IMG/VR virus record: IMGVR_UViG_3300045988_000385
Coordinates: 1-5,640 of that record
Source: a virus
Direction: 5' to 3' (one strand)
DNA length: 5,640 bases
Positions 4,893-5,640 of the stretch are shown here, one piece after another. A program made the position numbers and the translations under genes. How positions within the stretch are numbered: the first letter of the stretch is position 1; every line of letters starts with the position of its first letter. The notes below the pieces were generated by a model. It ran no database searches. It was not told the DNA's origin and saw nothing but the letters and a program-made list of their open reading frames with translations.

Positions 4893-5109
4893 AGATGTTC
4901 TCCTTATTCTCGATGAATTCGCCGGTTTTTTCGTCGAACTTTGCCAGACGTACCAACCGGTAGTCGCTCGGCGATTTGCTCATAATGTTGTGTTCGTCGG
5001 TGAGTGCAATTTTGAAGTTGCGCTCTGCCACCTTGTCTTCTCGCTCGGTGAAGATGGTGATATAGCCCATCACACAGTTGTCGAAGATGCCGTATACGTT
5101 GGTGCTCAC
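4867..5109 (-). CDS. Small conserved microvirus protein of unknown function, 80 aa
   Basis: GTG start at 5109..5107, 9 nt after GAGGAGG. It overlaps the upstream stop (GTGA). The pattern VYGIFDN...F...SPSDYRLVRLAKFDEKTGEF resembles a small nonstructural protein I recall from gokusho-type genomes (Y-x-I-x-D ... P-x-D-Y-x-L ... FD-x-x-TG). Confidence 0.75.
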   Translation of the reverse strand: MSTNVYGIFDNCVMGYITIFTEREDKVAERNFKIALTDEHNIMSKSPSDYRLVRLAKFDEKTGEFIENKENIFDGVSLCK

Positions 5110-5225
5110 AGTCGAATACCTCCTCGCATTGCGCCGCTGCCAAGGTTGATTGCCTTGGTCTTTTTTGCGGTCTTGTTGTAGATTTTTGCGTCTTTGGATT
5201 TGCGGACTTTACTCCTTTTCGCCAT
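5106..5225 (-). CDS. Small basic DNA-binding/packaging protein (J-like / VP8-like), 39 aa
   Basis: I trimmed the tracked ORF 5106..5297 to the ATG at 5225..5223. The sequence is MAKRSKVRKSKDAKIYNKTAKKTKAINLGSGAMRGGIRL, with 13 K/R in 39 residues. The C-terminal MRGGIRL is a recurrent ending of this microvirus protein as I recall it. The SD-like AAGGG lies 9 nt upstream. Confidence 0.8.
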   Translation of the reverse strand: MAKRSKVRKSKDAKIYNKTAKKTKAINLGSGAMRGGIRL

Positions 5226-5436
5226 TGTTGATTTCCCTTCTGAGGATTTCCATCTCAATGCTGTTTGCTGCTGCTTTTTTCCTGAAGGCCATTTCAAGGT
5301 AAAACTTTGCGTCTTCGTACTTTGCGGCCTGTTGGAGCAGTTTGTATGCGGAATCGATTTCTTTGTAGGTTTTCGTCAATTCCTGCATGAGTTTCGTATC
5401 GGTCTGGTCTCTTGCGTTCCACGTTTTGATCTCCAT
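5209..5436 (-). CDS. Hypothetical 75-aa protein, probably all-helical
   Basis: ATG at 5436..5434, 6 nt after AAGGA. It is the first long ORF of the block and overlaps the next gene by 17 nt. I recognise no family. Confidence 0.65.
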   Translation of the reverse strand: MEIKTWNARDQTDTKLMQELTKTYKEIDSAYKLLQQAAKYEDAKFYLEMAFRKKAAANSIEMEILRREINNGEKE

Positions 5437-5438
5437 GG

Positions 5439-5543
5439 TTAATCCTTGGGCTGGTTGCCCTCTACTGCGTGATAAATCTTGTCCAGCATAGCCAAGATTT
5501 TGCGAATGTTGTTAAACAGCGCGTTGATTTCCTTGAGGGTCAG
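5439..5543 (-). CDS. Speculative 34-aa ORF with a non-canonical (CTG or ATT) start behind a strong SD
   Basis: GAGGTGA (5556..5550) is followed in frame by TGA ATT GCT CTG and then 33 sense codons to TAA (5441..5439), 2 nt before the next ATG. There is no ATG, GTG or TTG in frame near the SD. The peptide would be (M)TLKEINALFNNIRKILAMLDKIYHAVEGNQPKD. Confidence 0.2.
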   Translation of the reverse strand: MTLKEINALFNNIRKILAMLDKIYHAVEGNQPKD

Positions 5544-5640
5544 AGCAATTCACCTCTTTCTAAAATTTATTTTGTATAAATGGTTTTGTAAAATAGCACT
5601 TCTGTGCTGTTTAACTGTTTTGAGTTTACTAAAAAAAAAG
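5542..5640. repeat. Terminal direct repeat, copy 2 (identical to 1..99)
   Basis: Same as copy 1; the period is 5,541 nt. Confidence 0.95.
5564..5592 (-). promoter_or_regulatory. Candidate promoter for the main gene block (also present at 23..51)
   Basis: On the - strand: TTTACA, a 17-nt spacer, then TAAATT. This would start transcription a few nt before the GAGGTGA SD. Confidence 0.35.

Noticed and set aside
4904-5143. A 79-aa - strand ORF overlapping the 80-aa gene and the basic-protein gene
   Set aside because: It is an alternative frame of two genes that have good SDs and recognisable features. It is arginine-, histidine- and cysteine-rich with no motifs and has no SD.
930-5442. The remaining + strand ORFs in the track (930..1127, 1531..1788, 1754..1945, 1860..2252, 2162..2473, 2434..2670, 3746..3997, 4084..4311, 4455..4772, 4489..4728, 4753..5181, 5194..5442)
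   Set aside because: All are antisense to confidently called genes, lack SD sequences and have leucine-, cysteine-, phenylalanine- and valine-rich shadow-ORF composition.

Overview
The window is a complete circular genome of a gokushovirus-like Microviridae ssDNA phage, shown as the reverse complement of the coding (viral) strand. Bases 1..99 are identical to 5542..5640, so the unit genome is 5,541 nt and the window origin is arbitrary. All supportable genes are on the - strand in one compact block (5436 down to 807). In order they are a 75-aa helical protein, a 39-aa highly basic DNA-binding protein ending MRGGIRL, an 80-aa small protein, VP3 scaffold, VP1 major capsid (GTG start), VP2 pilot protein and VP4 HUH rolling-circle Rep. 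Gene junctions overlap (GTGA twice, TAATG once) and most starts have GGAGG-type Shine-Dalgarno sites. The unusual part is the roughly 0.7-kb segment between the Rep stop and the next round of the gene block (95..806). It holds a 502-nt ORF-poor region with same-orientation arrays of DnaA-box-like 9-mers, including a perfect TTATCCACA and a TTTTCCACA. The same region has a hairpin built from two inverted box-like 9-mers, a 27-nt A/T-only (TAA)n tract next to two alternating pyrimidine-purine (Z-DNA-prone) GC blocks, and a GC-rich compound hairpin. After it comes a self-contained cassette: a consensus TTGACA/TGnTATAAT promoter, a 65-aa orphan ORF and a textbook intrinsic terminator. This origin-like, DnaA-centred architecture is not what I know from characterised microviruses and is the main lead. 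I saw no tRNA, CRISPR array, integrase or recognisable lysis gene. All family assignments rest on motifs I recognise by eye; no database search was possible.
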